From the NCBI GenBank assembly GCA_963849325.1, contig CAWKHF010000004.1, positions 479,619 through 543,618 on the forward strand: a stretch of 64,000 nucleotides of DNA, in the 5' to 3' direction. The position numbers were made by a program, and so were the translations under genes. Origin of the DNA: an uncultured Planctomycetota bacterium (lineage in GTDB: Bacteria > Planctomycetota > Planctomycetia > Gemmatales > Gemmataceae). This document shows, in pieces, positions 31,605-41,048 of the stretch. Under the pieces are notes generated by a model. The model made no database searches. It was not told the DNA's origin and worked only from the letters and a program-made list of their open reading frames with translations. The first letter of the stretch is position 1. Every line of letters begins with the position of its first letter.

Positions 31605-32730
31605 TTTTTGGCGTGCTTTCCGAGAAAACCTGGCGTTGCACAGTGGGTGAGGTCGTCGTCTCCTCGGCCGTCTTGGTGTGGCAACGCTTGTCTTTCTTGA
31701 ACGCGGCGTCTTGCTCGTCCGGGTAGATCACACCCTGGAAATCGGGGCCGACGCCGAGAGCGGCCGGAATCCCCCGACTCACTTCCCACGCCTGCCGCTC
31801 GGACTTGTCGCGAACCTGTGCGTGCGTGAACGTGCCATTAGCACAGACCACGAGATCCTGACTGCACTTTTTCATCGAGGTGAAGCGACCCTTGGGGATC
31901 GCCATCCAGGTGTCGTTGTCGCTGCAGGTGACCCCGGCTTCGCACTCCTTGTCGCAGGTGAACAGTGGCCGGTATTTCTTTGTCTTTGAGGCGTTCCGTG
32001 TCCCCTCGGGACACTTGACACCGTTCGCGTTGTCCTCGCATGCCCACTTGCTTTTGCAGGCCAAGTCCGCACACGTCCCCTCGTCCAGAATCCGCCCCTG
32101 ATGGATCGCGGCCCGCTGGAGGACGGCGGGGGACGCGACGCCGCTGCCCAGCCCGGAGGATGACGAGACGTCATGCAAGTGCGCCGCTGTGGCCGCCGCC
32201 TCGCGCTCGAAGGTATCGTCTGCCGGCCCGATCATCAGGTTTGCCGTGGGATCAACAGCGTTATTCTGCTGCACCACATGCGTCAACTCGTGAGCCAGCA
32301 GTGTCCTGCTGGTAGATGTCGAGGGCAGGTAAGTTCCCGCGCCGAAAACGATGTCGCGACCGACGGTGTAGGCCAGCGCACTGACGGCACTCGCCGACTC
32401 GGCAGCCACCGCATCGGTGTGGACGCGGACGCCGCTGAAGTCGCGGCCGAAGCGCGGCTCCATGAAGTCGCGCGTCGCCGCGTCCAGCGGTTGACCCGGC
32501 GAGCGCAGCACCTCATGCACGATTGCAGGAACCTCGCCCACCGGCCCCGAACTTGTGGCCGCCCGCTGGAGACCCTGCCCGCGCTTCTTGCGGCACGTCT
32601 CGCACTCCGCGCCCCCGGACGTGTGCGTCCCGCAAGCGCAGGCACGCTGCAACGTCCCCGCCCGCACACGACACACCTTTGGGGCGACCGGGACGCTCTC
32701 TCTTTGCCTTGCCGCGTCTGGTGTCTTCAT
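31504..32730 (-). CDS. DUF4157 (eCIS core) protein with Cys-rich extension
   Basis: GQPLD..TRDFMEPRFGRDFSGVRVHTD, ALAYTVGRDIVF, HExxH LLAHELTHVVQQ. Confidence 0.92.
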   Translation of the reverse strand: MKTPDAARQRESVPVAPKVCRVRAGTLQRACACGTHTSGGAECETCRKKRGQGLQRAATSSGPVGEVPAIVHEVLRSPGQPLDAATRDFMEPRFGRDFSGVRVHTDAVAAESASAVSALAYTVGRDIVFGAGTYLPSTSTSRTLLAHELTHVVQQNNAVDPTANLMIGPADDTFEREAAATAAHLHDVSSSSGLGSGVASPAVLQRAAIHQGRILDEGTCADLACKSKWACEDNANGVKCPEGTRNASKTKKYRPLFTCDKECEAGVTCSDNDTWMAIPKGRFTSMKKCSQDLVVCANGTFTHAQVRDKSERQAWEVSRGIPAALGVGPDFQGVIYPDEQDAAFKKDKRCHTKTAEETTTSPTVQRQVFSESTPKNGSMQTQGRKVADSSGADRESRARKRGSGPCDR

Positions 32731-32984
32731 GTTCCCATGCTCCGATATACCGCCCCGGCGATTTGGCCACCCAGGTCTTCGGGCGCCGGTTGCCGGCCCA
32801 GCTCAATCACACCTCCCGTGAGGCGATCCACCGAGCCGCCGGCTCGCACCGCCGCGCTCGGTCCCTCGTCCGCCAGCAGCCGGGCCAGCTCCGTTTCGAC
32901 CGCTTGCTGGATCAGCGCCGCGTCTCGACGCTCGATCGGCAGGCTATCCAGCACCAGTCGCTCGATGTGGACGTGAATCTTCAT
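32727..32984 (-). CDS. Small CIS-associated protein
   Basis: MKIHVHIERLVLD...AVETELARLL; own ATG, merged with ATPase in ORF track. Confidence 0.7.
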   Translation of the reverse strand: MKIHVHIERLVLDSLPIERRDAALIQQAVETELARLLADEGPSAAVRAGGSVDRLTGGVIELGRQPAPEDLGGQIAGAVYRSMGT

Positions 32985-34983
32985 GACACCGCTCCGTCCG
33001 CCGGCGGCCAGCGGAAGTCCGACTCGTGGATCACGCGCTCCGCCGCGCACGTACTCGTCACGCACCGCAGCTAGGACTTCGCGCATCGTCACCGGCGTGC
33101 CGGCCGCGGCGGCGCGGAACGCCGCGTTCAGGGCCGCGCCGTGGATGTTGCCGCCACTCAAATCCATTCGCGCCAGGCGCGTTGTGTCCAATCCCGCGAT
33201 CGGTACGCTGCTTTCGCCGGTTGGGAACGCGCCGGCCCACAGCCGTCGTCGCTCCGCAAGTCCCGGCATGGGAAACTCGACCACGAAACGCAGCCGGCGC
33301 AGGAAGGCCGCGTCCAGCGCCGCGCGGAAGTTCGTCGCCAGGATCGCCAGTCCGCGGTACGATTCCATGCGCTGCAGCAGGTAGTTGACCTCGATGTTCG
33401 CGTAGCGGTCGTGGCTGTCGCGCACCTCCGTGCGCTTGCCGAACAGGGCGTCGGCCTCGTCGAAGAAGAGAATCGCGCCGGACTCCTCGAAGGCGTCGAA
33501 CAGCCGGCCCAGGTTCTTCTCGGTCTCGCCGATGTATTTGCTGACCACCGCGCCCAGGTCGATGCGGAACAGATCCAGGCGCAAGTCGTTGGCCAGCACT
33601 TCCGCGGCCATCGTCTTGCCGGTGCCGCTGGGACCACTGAAGAGGGCCGTGATCCCAAGGCCGCGCGTCAGGACGCGGCCGAATCCCCAGTCCTCATAGA
33701 CCGTCGCGCGGTGGCGCACCTGCGAGGCCACTCGCCGCAGCGCCTGTTCGACCGCCTCCGGCAGCACCAGGTCGCGCCACGTCGCTCGCGCGTCGATCCG
33801 CTGCGCCAGTCCCTCGACGCGCGGCCGGGCTTGCTCACGGCAGGCGTCCCATGTGGCCTCGGCTGCCGCCGCGAGGTCGCCCTCCACCGAGGCGAGTGCG
33901 AGCCGGGCCGTCTGACGGATGGCGGGTACGTTCAGGTTGAACTGCATCGCCAGCCGCCGCGCCGCCTCGTCCGAACCCGGACCCAGGGCCGTCTGCCACG
34001 CGGAACGCTGCTCCGCGGGCTGGGGTTTGGCGACCTCCAGCGTGACGGCCTGGCGCCCCAGCCGTGGCAGCCGCTCCCGAACCCCCAAGAGCATCGGCGA
34101 GGGGCAAGATGCCAAGAAGCGCGCCACGGCCGGGCCGCCGCCCGCCTCGTCGGCGTCGAGGTACAGCGCCAGGGGCAACAGCCAACTCTCGCGCCGCCAC
34201 AGCCGGGCCAGCGCTTCCAGTTCGGCCGGGGCGTGCGGCAGGTGCTCGGCCGGCAGCCGGCACAGGATCAGGCCGACCGCTCGCGCCGCCTCGCCCGCGA
34301 CCAGCCGTTTGCTGGCGGGGTCCGGGCCCGTCAGCTGAATCACCGGCAGCGGGGCTTGCTCGTCGGCCGCGGCCCGCCAGGCGCGGACGGCCGCCGCCGC
34401 CACCGCGCGCTGGGAGGGGGGCACTTCCTCGGGCCGGTCTCCGTCGTCCGCCGCGGCCACCAGGCCGTCCAGGCGGTCGTCCAGGCGGTTGAGGCCCTTC
34501 AGGTAGTGCAGGATGCGCTCGTCGATGCGCAGCGCCGCGGCGATCAGGGGCGTGGCCGCCGGCTGATGCACCTCAATCAACCGCAAGGCCCGCAGCGGCC
34601 GATCCGGCGCCAGCGCCGCCCACTCCGGATTGTCGAACAGGCTCAGCGCCAACGCGAAGGTCGGGTAGGCGCGGTGCGGATCATCCTGGGTCTGCGCACA
34701 CAAGCCGCCCACGCGCGTGTCCAGCTCCATCGCGGTACACAAAAGGAGCACATCGCGCTCGAACGCCGTCAGCCCAAGGCGCAGCGCCAGGGCCGCCAGC
34801 GCGGGCGGGGGGTCCGCCGCCTCCAGTTCGCGCACCTGCTTCTCGGCCCGAGCCAGGGCGCCGGCGGGATCCGCGCCGTCCGTTCGGACGCCCGTCGCAC
34901 ACCGGCTCAACCGCAGGCGCACGCTTTCCAGCGCCGCTCCCAGGTGGCTAATGTTGCGCCGTCCAGTCCGCTGCCTCGTTCAC
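32981..34983 (-). CDS. AAA+ ATPase (Afp15/Pvc15-like); frameshifts near both ends
   Basis: GPSGTGKT, VVSKYIGETEKNL, LFFDEADALFGKR, DSHDRYAN, LDAAFLRRL. Confidence 0.92.
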
Positions 34984-36362
34984 AGGTCCGGCTTCCTTTC
35001 GGGGATGTCCCGGCGGTACGTGTCCTTAATTTGCGGTACGTCGCTTTCCGGGTCGAACAGGAAACTGTCCACGCCGTCCACCCGCAGCCGCACCGCGGCG
35101 CGGTCCATCTTGGCGAGCGGCCTGGGGTAGAGAATCACTTTTACGTTGTCGTCCGGTGGTGGCAGCGGCGCGTCGCTGAGCCGGAATTGAAATTGGTCCA
35201 CGGCGGCGACGATGGAGCCGGCCGGTATTTCCACCGCGCTTAGGAGCAGCGACACGCGCTGGTTGGGCTGCACCTCGGGGAACACGTCCACTTTCAGCAC
35301 CGCGGCGTTCGACGACTCCAGCGAGATGTCGGGCACAAGGGAAAACGTCAGTTCGTTGGTCGTCCAGTGCCTGGGGCTGGGCTGCCACGGCGGAGCATTA
35401 TCCGGCAGCAAGCCGTCGGGCCAGACGGTCGCAGCAACGGTATAGAAGCCGGCCGGCCAGGGTTCGTCGCCGGTGAACCGAAACGCAATGCGCGTGGCCG
35501 TGCGCTGGGCGGGGGGCACGGGGACAATCCGCGGCTCCGAGAACGTCGTGTGCCGGAATGCGAGCGTCACGGCGTTGCCGCCAAGGTTCGTGCCGTCGAT
35601 CCATAAGAGATCCGAGACGTGGCCGCCCGACAGCGACCGCTTTGGCCGTGGCCCCTCGGTCGGCAGGCCGGGCGGGTTGGGGTAAGGAAACTGGGGGGCC
35701 GTCAGGGAAGGGATGCCGGACAGGGCCTCGGCCTCGAACCCCTCGGGGACCGACCGCCGGCCGCGCGTCAGCACCGGCAACGGCGTCTTGCTCGGTCGCG
35801 TGCTTTCGATCAGGACCACCGACGCTTCGTAACCCACCGACAGTCGGTAGTGCGTCTGGAACCCCGACCACAACTTGCTCAGGTGCTCGATGCTGAGCGG
35901 CTGCGGCGTCAGCTTGACGCGCTCCGGCTGCTCCAGGAGTCCGCTGTTATGCAGCAAGTCCTCGTCCACGAACTCGGTGAAATCCGCGGTGGTGAGGATG
36001 GAGTGATCGTGCAGCGCGCTCATGACGCGCCCGAGCACCTGGTACTCGTCGTTCGGCGTATTCACGAAGAACACGGTGATCAGGTAGGACAGGTTCAACG
36101 CCAGGGGCGGCGGTACTGGCTCGTTGGGTTTGCCGCGGCCGGCGATGGGATCGTTGCGCCAGGCGGCGTTGGGGGCGACGTGATAGAGGAAGAGGCCCAG
36201 CAGGTTGCCGTCCTTCTTGCGGACGTTCTCGTCCGGCGGCGCGGTGCTGATCTTGCAGGCGATGGCCGGGAAACCCGGTTGGCCGGGCTGTTCCCGCAGG
36301 GCCTTGTCCAAGAGACCCATCACGGTGCGCGTGACGGCGGAGATGGCCAGCGCGTTGCTCAT
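34980..36362 (-). CDS. DUF4255 / Pvc16-like tail terminator-cap
   Basis: MSNALAISAVT, LFLYHVAPNAAWRN, PLALNLSYLIT, YRLSVGYEASVVLIE. Confidence 0.9.
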   Translation of the reverse strand: MSNALAISAVTRTVMGLLDKALREQPGQPGFPAIACKISTAPPDENVRKKDGNLLGLFLYHVAPNAAWRNDPIAGRGKPNEPVPPPLALNLSYLITVFFVNTPNDEYQVLGRVMSALHDHSILTTADFTEFVDEDLLHNSGLLEQPERVKLTPQPLSIEHLSKLWSGFQTHYRLSVGYEASVVLIESTRPSKTPLPVLTRGRRSVPEGFEAEALSGIPSLTAPQFPYPNPPGLPTEGPRPKRSLSGGHVSDLLWIDGTNLGGNAVTLAFRHTTFSEPRIVPVPPAQRTATRIAFRFTGDEPWPAGFYTVAATVWPDGLLPDNAPPWQPSPRHWTTNELTFSLVPDISLESSNAAVLKVDVFPEVQPNQRVSLLLSAVEIPAGSIVAAVDQFQFRLSDAPLPPPDDNVKVILYPRPLAKMDRAAVRLRVDGVDSFLFDPESDVPQIKDTYRRDIPERKPDL

Positions 36363-37329
36363 CAGCGCCCTCCTCCGGAGCGGCGGCGCAGGTATTCCTC
36401 CAGCGTCATCACGGGGGCCGACGCCGGCTCGCGGCGGACCGGTGTCGCGGGGGCGGCAACGGCACGCACCTCGACCCGGCCGATTGTCACGGAAATGACC
36501 GGCTCAGGCGGAGGCATCGCCGGTTGCGACTCGGAGGATTTCGCGGCTGTTTCCGGCACACGCGCGGCCAGTTCTTCGCCGGCGGCGTCTCCGCAGTCCG
36601 GGGACGCACCGCTGGCGGGCCTTGCTGTGCGGCGTCGGGGGCGGCGCGAGCGTCGAGCGGACGCGCCGGCGGCATCTCCAGCGTGGGATGCGGACGCGGC
36701 ACTGGGGGGAGAGGGCGGCGCGAGGGTTCGGCTGCTTCCTCGACGTTCGATCGTCGCGCAGGGGCAGACGAGGATCGCTTCGATTTTGGCCCGGCGCTGT
36801 CATCCGTGTCTGCGGCAGCTCGGGATACAGGCGTCACGGCGGCCGGATGCACGGACGGACGTGCGATCTCTTCCGCGAACGTCGCGCGGCGGATGCCGGC
36901 CGCGGGGACGGGGGCCGGGGTGGTGTCTTCACTTCTGCTGATCGGAAGCGCGTCGGCAGGGGCGGAGGGCATCGGGGCGGCGATCTGTTCGAGCCGTTGA
37001 GAGAGCGCGACAGGCCGAGGGTGTGGAGAGAGTGGCGGGGCGTATCGGTTGCCGATTTCCGTCGGCGGGGGGAGATCGATGGCCGGACGGGTGGGGCGAT
37101 GGGAGGGAACCTCAGACGGTGCTTCGGTCTGGACCGTGATTTCCTCTTCTTGGCCCTCACCGGCTTCGCTGCCGACCATCCCACGGCGGTGCGCGTCCCG
37201 CTGTCCGGCGCGAGACGGATCGCCGGCCGGGTCCGCAATGGGGGGCGCGAACCGCGGCCGCGCGAGAGGGCGGATACCCTCGGCAGCGCCGAGCGCGAGA
37301 CCGGCCAGATCCGTCAAAAGATCGCTCAT
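36362..37329 (-). CDS. Pro/Ala-rich CIS-associated protein (frameshifted)
   Basis: MSDLLTDLA start, low-complexity middle, C-terminus VISVTIGRVEVRA...TLEEYLRRR. Confidence 0.65.
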
Positions 37330-38059
37330 TTGCCGAGCATCTCGAGGTACGCCCACCGGCGGCGGGCGGTCATCGCCAGGATATCGGCCTCCCGCCACCC
37401 GTAGGCGGAGGCCAGCGCGTGGACCTCATGCAGAAGTCGGCGCGCCTGCGTCTCGATCTCACGCCAGAGATAGCCCGGGGCGTCCAGCGGCGTCAGCCAC
37501 CCGTGGCCGCAGGCGGGACAGCTCAGCTCGAAGCGCATGCGAGCTTGCGCGTCCGCTCGCTCCAGCGCCGCGCTCAACTCGGCCAGGGCCGGCTCCGGGA
37601 TCTGCCCGGCTTCAAGCCGCTCGTCGCCGCACCAGGCCTCCACGACCGTACGGCGGAGCAGGCGAGCGCGGGCCTCGGCGACATCGCCGGCTCCCTCCAG
37701 TTCCAGCAGCGCGCGGCTATCGGGCAGGCGCAGCGCACCCGCACCGCGCCGACCTGCACGACCTGCTCGCCGTCCTCGTCGGCCGGCGCCTCGCCCAGAA
37801 GCCGCGGCACGTCCAGGCTCAGCTCAACCGCTTCGCCACAGGAGGGGCAGTTGGCCAGTCCGTCCAGGGTTGGCCCGAACAGCGACTGGCGCATCGCCAG
37901 CAAGGCCCGGTCGCGGCGGCCAACGTCCCAGGCCGCGATCTCTTCGGCGTCGATCTCGGGGAAGGCCGCCGCCAGCAGTCCCAACGCCCGGCGCGGCGCT
38001 GATTTGCCCTGCCCCCACTCCCGCAAGCCGATCAGTTCCTCTGCGCTCAGCGCGTGCAT
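37326..38059 (-). CDS. Phage-tail/baseplate-associated protein with two CxxC motifs (frameshifted)
   Basis: ANCPSCGEAVEL, ELSCPACGHGW, EVHALASAYGWREADILAM. Confidence 0.75.
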
Positions 38060-38068
38060 GGCGGCCTG

Positions 38069-38589
38069 TTACGTCGGCGATAGTGTTGGTTCTTTCGGCT
38101 CGGGCACGTCGGTGTCGCGCTCCCAGCCCTCGTTCTCCAGTTTGAGCGTCTGTATCGCCACCGCGTTGGCGTTGGCATCGAACTCGGGGAGCGCCTGGTA
38201 CTCCGACACCCAACAGCGGTAGACCTTGTAGACGATGGCAACCTGGCCGGCCTCATTGAGGACTTCGATGGTGATGTTTTTGCGGAAATCCGCGAGGGAA
38301 ACTTCGCTTCCGGGCTTGCGCCGAGCCGCCAGACCTTGTTGGCCCACTGCTCGAACTCGGGATCGTGCGTGACGCCACGTTCGAGGGTGATCGCGTCGTA
38401 TTCGGTGCGGCCGGGCGACTTGCGGCTACTACTGGGGTCGCCGCCTTCGCGGTGCTTGACGACCTCCGTGGTCCGCTTGAGCATACTCATCTTCGACAGG
38501 CCGGCGACGTAGCGGTTATCCCAGCGCACGCGGAACTTGAAGTTCTTGTACGGGTCGAAGCGCTGGGCATTGACGGTAAACTTCGCCAT
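38069..38589 (-). CDS. Tail tube protein (T4 gp19-like, Afp1/5), frameshift near 38320
   Basis: DPYKNFKFRV, REGGD, KSPGRTEYDAITLERGVT, RCWVSEY, LKLENEGWERD. Confidence 0.93.
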
Positions 38590-38610
38590 GATTTAGCTCC
38601 TGGTGCCGGC

Positions 38611-40735
38611 TCAGGTCTGCGTCTGACCGGCGATCTGCTGGATGCGAAGGATGACGAACTCCGCCGGCTTGAGCGGCGCGAAGCCGACGACGACGATGAC
38701 CTTCCCCAGGTCGATGTCGCGCTGGGTGGTGGTGGAACTATCGCACTTGACGAAGTAAGCCTGCGACGGCGTGCTGCCCTGGAAAGCACCGTTGCGGAAG
38801 AGATCCTGCATGAAGCTGCCGACGTTAAGGCGGAGCTGCGCCCACAGCGGCTCATCGTTGGGTTCAAAGACGGCCCACTGGGTGCCGCGATACAGGCTCT
38901 CTTCGATGAACAGCGCCAGCCGCCGCACCGGGATGTACTTGTAGTCGTCGGTGAGCTGGTCCGCTCCGCGGGTGGTGCGCGTGCCCCAGACAACGCTGCC
39001 GTAGACGGGGAAAGTTCGCAGGCAATTGAGGCCAACCGGGTTGAAAATGCCGTTCTCCTCGTTCGTTAACGTGAGGGACAGGCCAAGGATGCCCGTGAAC
39101 GTCGCGTCGATTCCGGCCGGCGCCTTCCACACGCCGCGCGTGTTGTCGGTTCGTGCGAAGATTCCGGCCAGCGCACCGGACGGCGGGAACTGGTCGCTGC
39201 GGCCGGTAAAAGGGTCCGTCTCGGTGATGTGCGGGAAAAAGACTGCGGCGTTGCGAGCCGCTTCGCCCGTGAGGTTAAGGTCGGCGGAGATTGCCACAGT
39301 AGCCTTGCCCTTAAGGGCCGTCAGGTCTTTGTCCCATGACGTTAGCCCGTCCACGATATAGAAGGCCCGGCGCTTCTGGCAGTAGGCGGCCACGTCCCCG
39401 TAGGGGAAGGAGGGCATATCGTCGCCTCGGACATCGGGGGGGATGCACAACAAGTTGAACAGGTCCGCGTTCTCCAGGGCGTATAACCCTGTCTTTTTCA
39501 GTGGATCGCCCGTGTAGTCATCCACCGTTAGGGGATCGCTGTCTGCCAGCTTGTCGGCGTTGGACGGCCCAGTGCAGGTCGGCGGGTTATTTTTGTCATC
39601 GAAGGGATTTTTTCCCGGCAACGGGTCGGGGTGGGACTTGGCGCGACTCCGGAGAGGGGGGACTTGTCCTTCCATCTTACTAACTGGGACTCCGCAGCCA
39701 GAACCTTGTCCGCCTGGCGGGGAGCACGACTACGGCCGAGAGATTTTGATGCTTCTCGACCGTTACGCCATCCGTGACCGTCAGGTTGAAGAGGGAGCCG
39801 GACGTTTCCCCAGGCAATAACGGGCGGACTTTTTGATCGACGCGAACACGCAGCGCGCCGCCCCAAGTGCCCGCACCTGCGGCGGTCAGGTTCAAACGGT
39901 CGCCGTCCCACTTGATATGAGCATGGGTGTCGGGAATCGCTTTCTTCACGGCATCGGCGGCGGCCCACTGAAGGACGAGGAGATCCATCTGGCTATTGTC
40001 AAAGTTGGCGATGGTATCGAGCGCCGAGCCCACGTCAGTGGAACTCGTACTCTTGAGCTTCGTTACACGATCTTGCACAGCTTGCTTGACGGCGTCGATG
40101 TCCTTCGTCACGTCCACGCCTGTCGTGACCACGTTTCCAGCCGCGGTAATGAGTTGATTGACGGCATCGCGGATAGCCTTAACTAGATCCAATGCCAGGT
40201 CCTTGTGAGCCTGGAAGTAGGCGTCTGTCTTCCTCCGCACCGCTTCGGGGATGTCGCTCGCTGAGACCGGCCCGCGATTTTTGACGGCATTCGCCACCAG
40301 GTTGGCCGCATTAATCCTGACCGGAACAGGTGGATTTTCTTTGCCAATGTTGTCGGCCGCGGTTTTCACGTCCGCCTGCGCCTGTGCGGCCGTGGTTGCG
40401 CTGGCCGCCTTCTGGGCAACCGCTTCGGCCGCCGACTTAGCCTGCGCCCGCTCTCCTGTTTTGAACCGGGAGTGGAAGAGACGCACGATAACCGCCTGGG
40501 AGCCGCCGTTGAGGAAAAAGTCGCGGACGGCGAAGCTCATCGAACTGTCTGCGGCCAAGCCGCCGAAGGATCGCTCGTAGTCCGCGAAACTTGTGATGGT
40601 GATCGGATTGTTCTCCTCGCCGCGTGAAGCTCGTCCCAGAAACGCCGTGATCGAGGTGGCGACGCCGACAATCGTATGCACGCCGCTGGGGATTTCCTCA
40701 ATGTAAACGCCGGGGTAGGTCGGTGCGACGGGCAT
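38611..40735 (-). CDS. Contractile tail sheath protein (frameshifts near 39680-39730)
   Basis: PTYPGVYIEE, RGVWKAPAG, WAVFEPNDEPLW, VGFAPLKPAEFVILRIQQ. Confidence 0.95.
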
Positions 40736-41048
40736 GGTCGAATCTCCCTGAGGTCGCCGCGGAAGTCAAAGGACAGACCTTGGCCGCACGCCGCGGAGTC
40801 CCGGAGCGAAAGACCGTCGTCTCCGCTTACGAGCCTTTGGGCCTGCGACGCAACAAACAACGGGTGTGGAGTACATCATGCCGCGCGGTGTAATTCAAGT
40901 TTTTTGTCGATTTTTATTTTTTTGTTGGCTGAACGCGGCGCCGGAGTAAACTCGGCCCGTCGATCCGGCTTCGTCTCAACGTCGCGCCGGCCGGAGCGCT
41001 TTTTGACCTGGCAGGTGTGACGGCGTCCTCGCCGAAGGGAGATGGCCG

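Larger units (their letters stand above)
15133..40735 (-). other. Contractile injection system (eCIS-type) operon
   Basis: About 18 abutting co-oriented genes: sheath, tube, cap, ATPase, DUF4157, spike, baseplate; no capsid/terminase and no T6SS membrane complex. Confidence 0.93.

Noticed and set aside
32727-34922. 731-aa ATPase with novel C-terminal domain
   Set aside because: The tail has its own ATG at 32984 and the linker is off-frame-like; better explained as two genes joined by a frameshift
38300-38345. Programmed frameshift in the tube gene
   Set aside because: No slippery heptamer at the break, and similar breaks occur throughout the window
15133-40735. Prophage or T6SS interpretation
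   Set aside because: No capsid, portal or terminase; no TssJLM, TssK or ClpV; DUF4255, Afp15-like ATPase and DUF4157 indicate an eCIS-type locus
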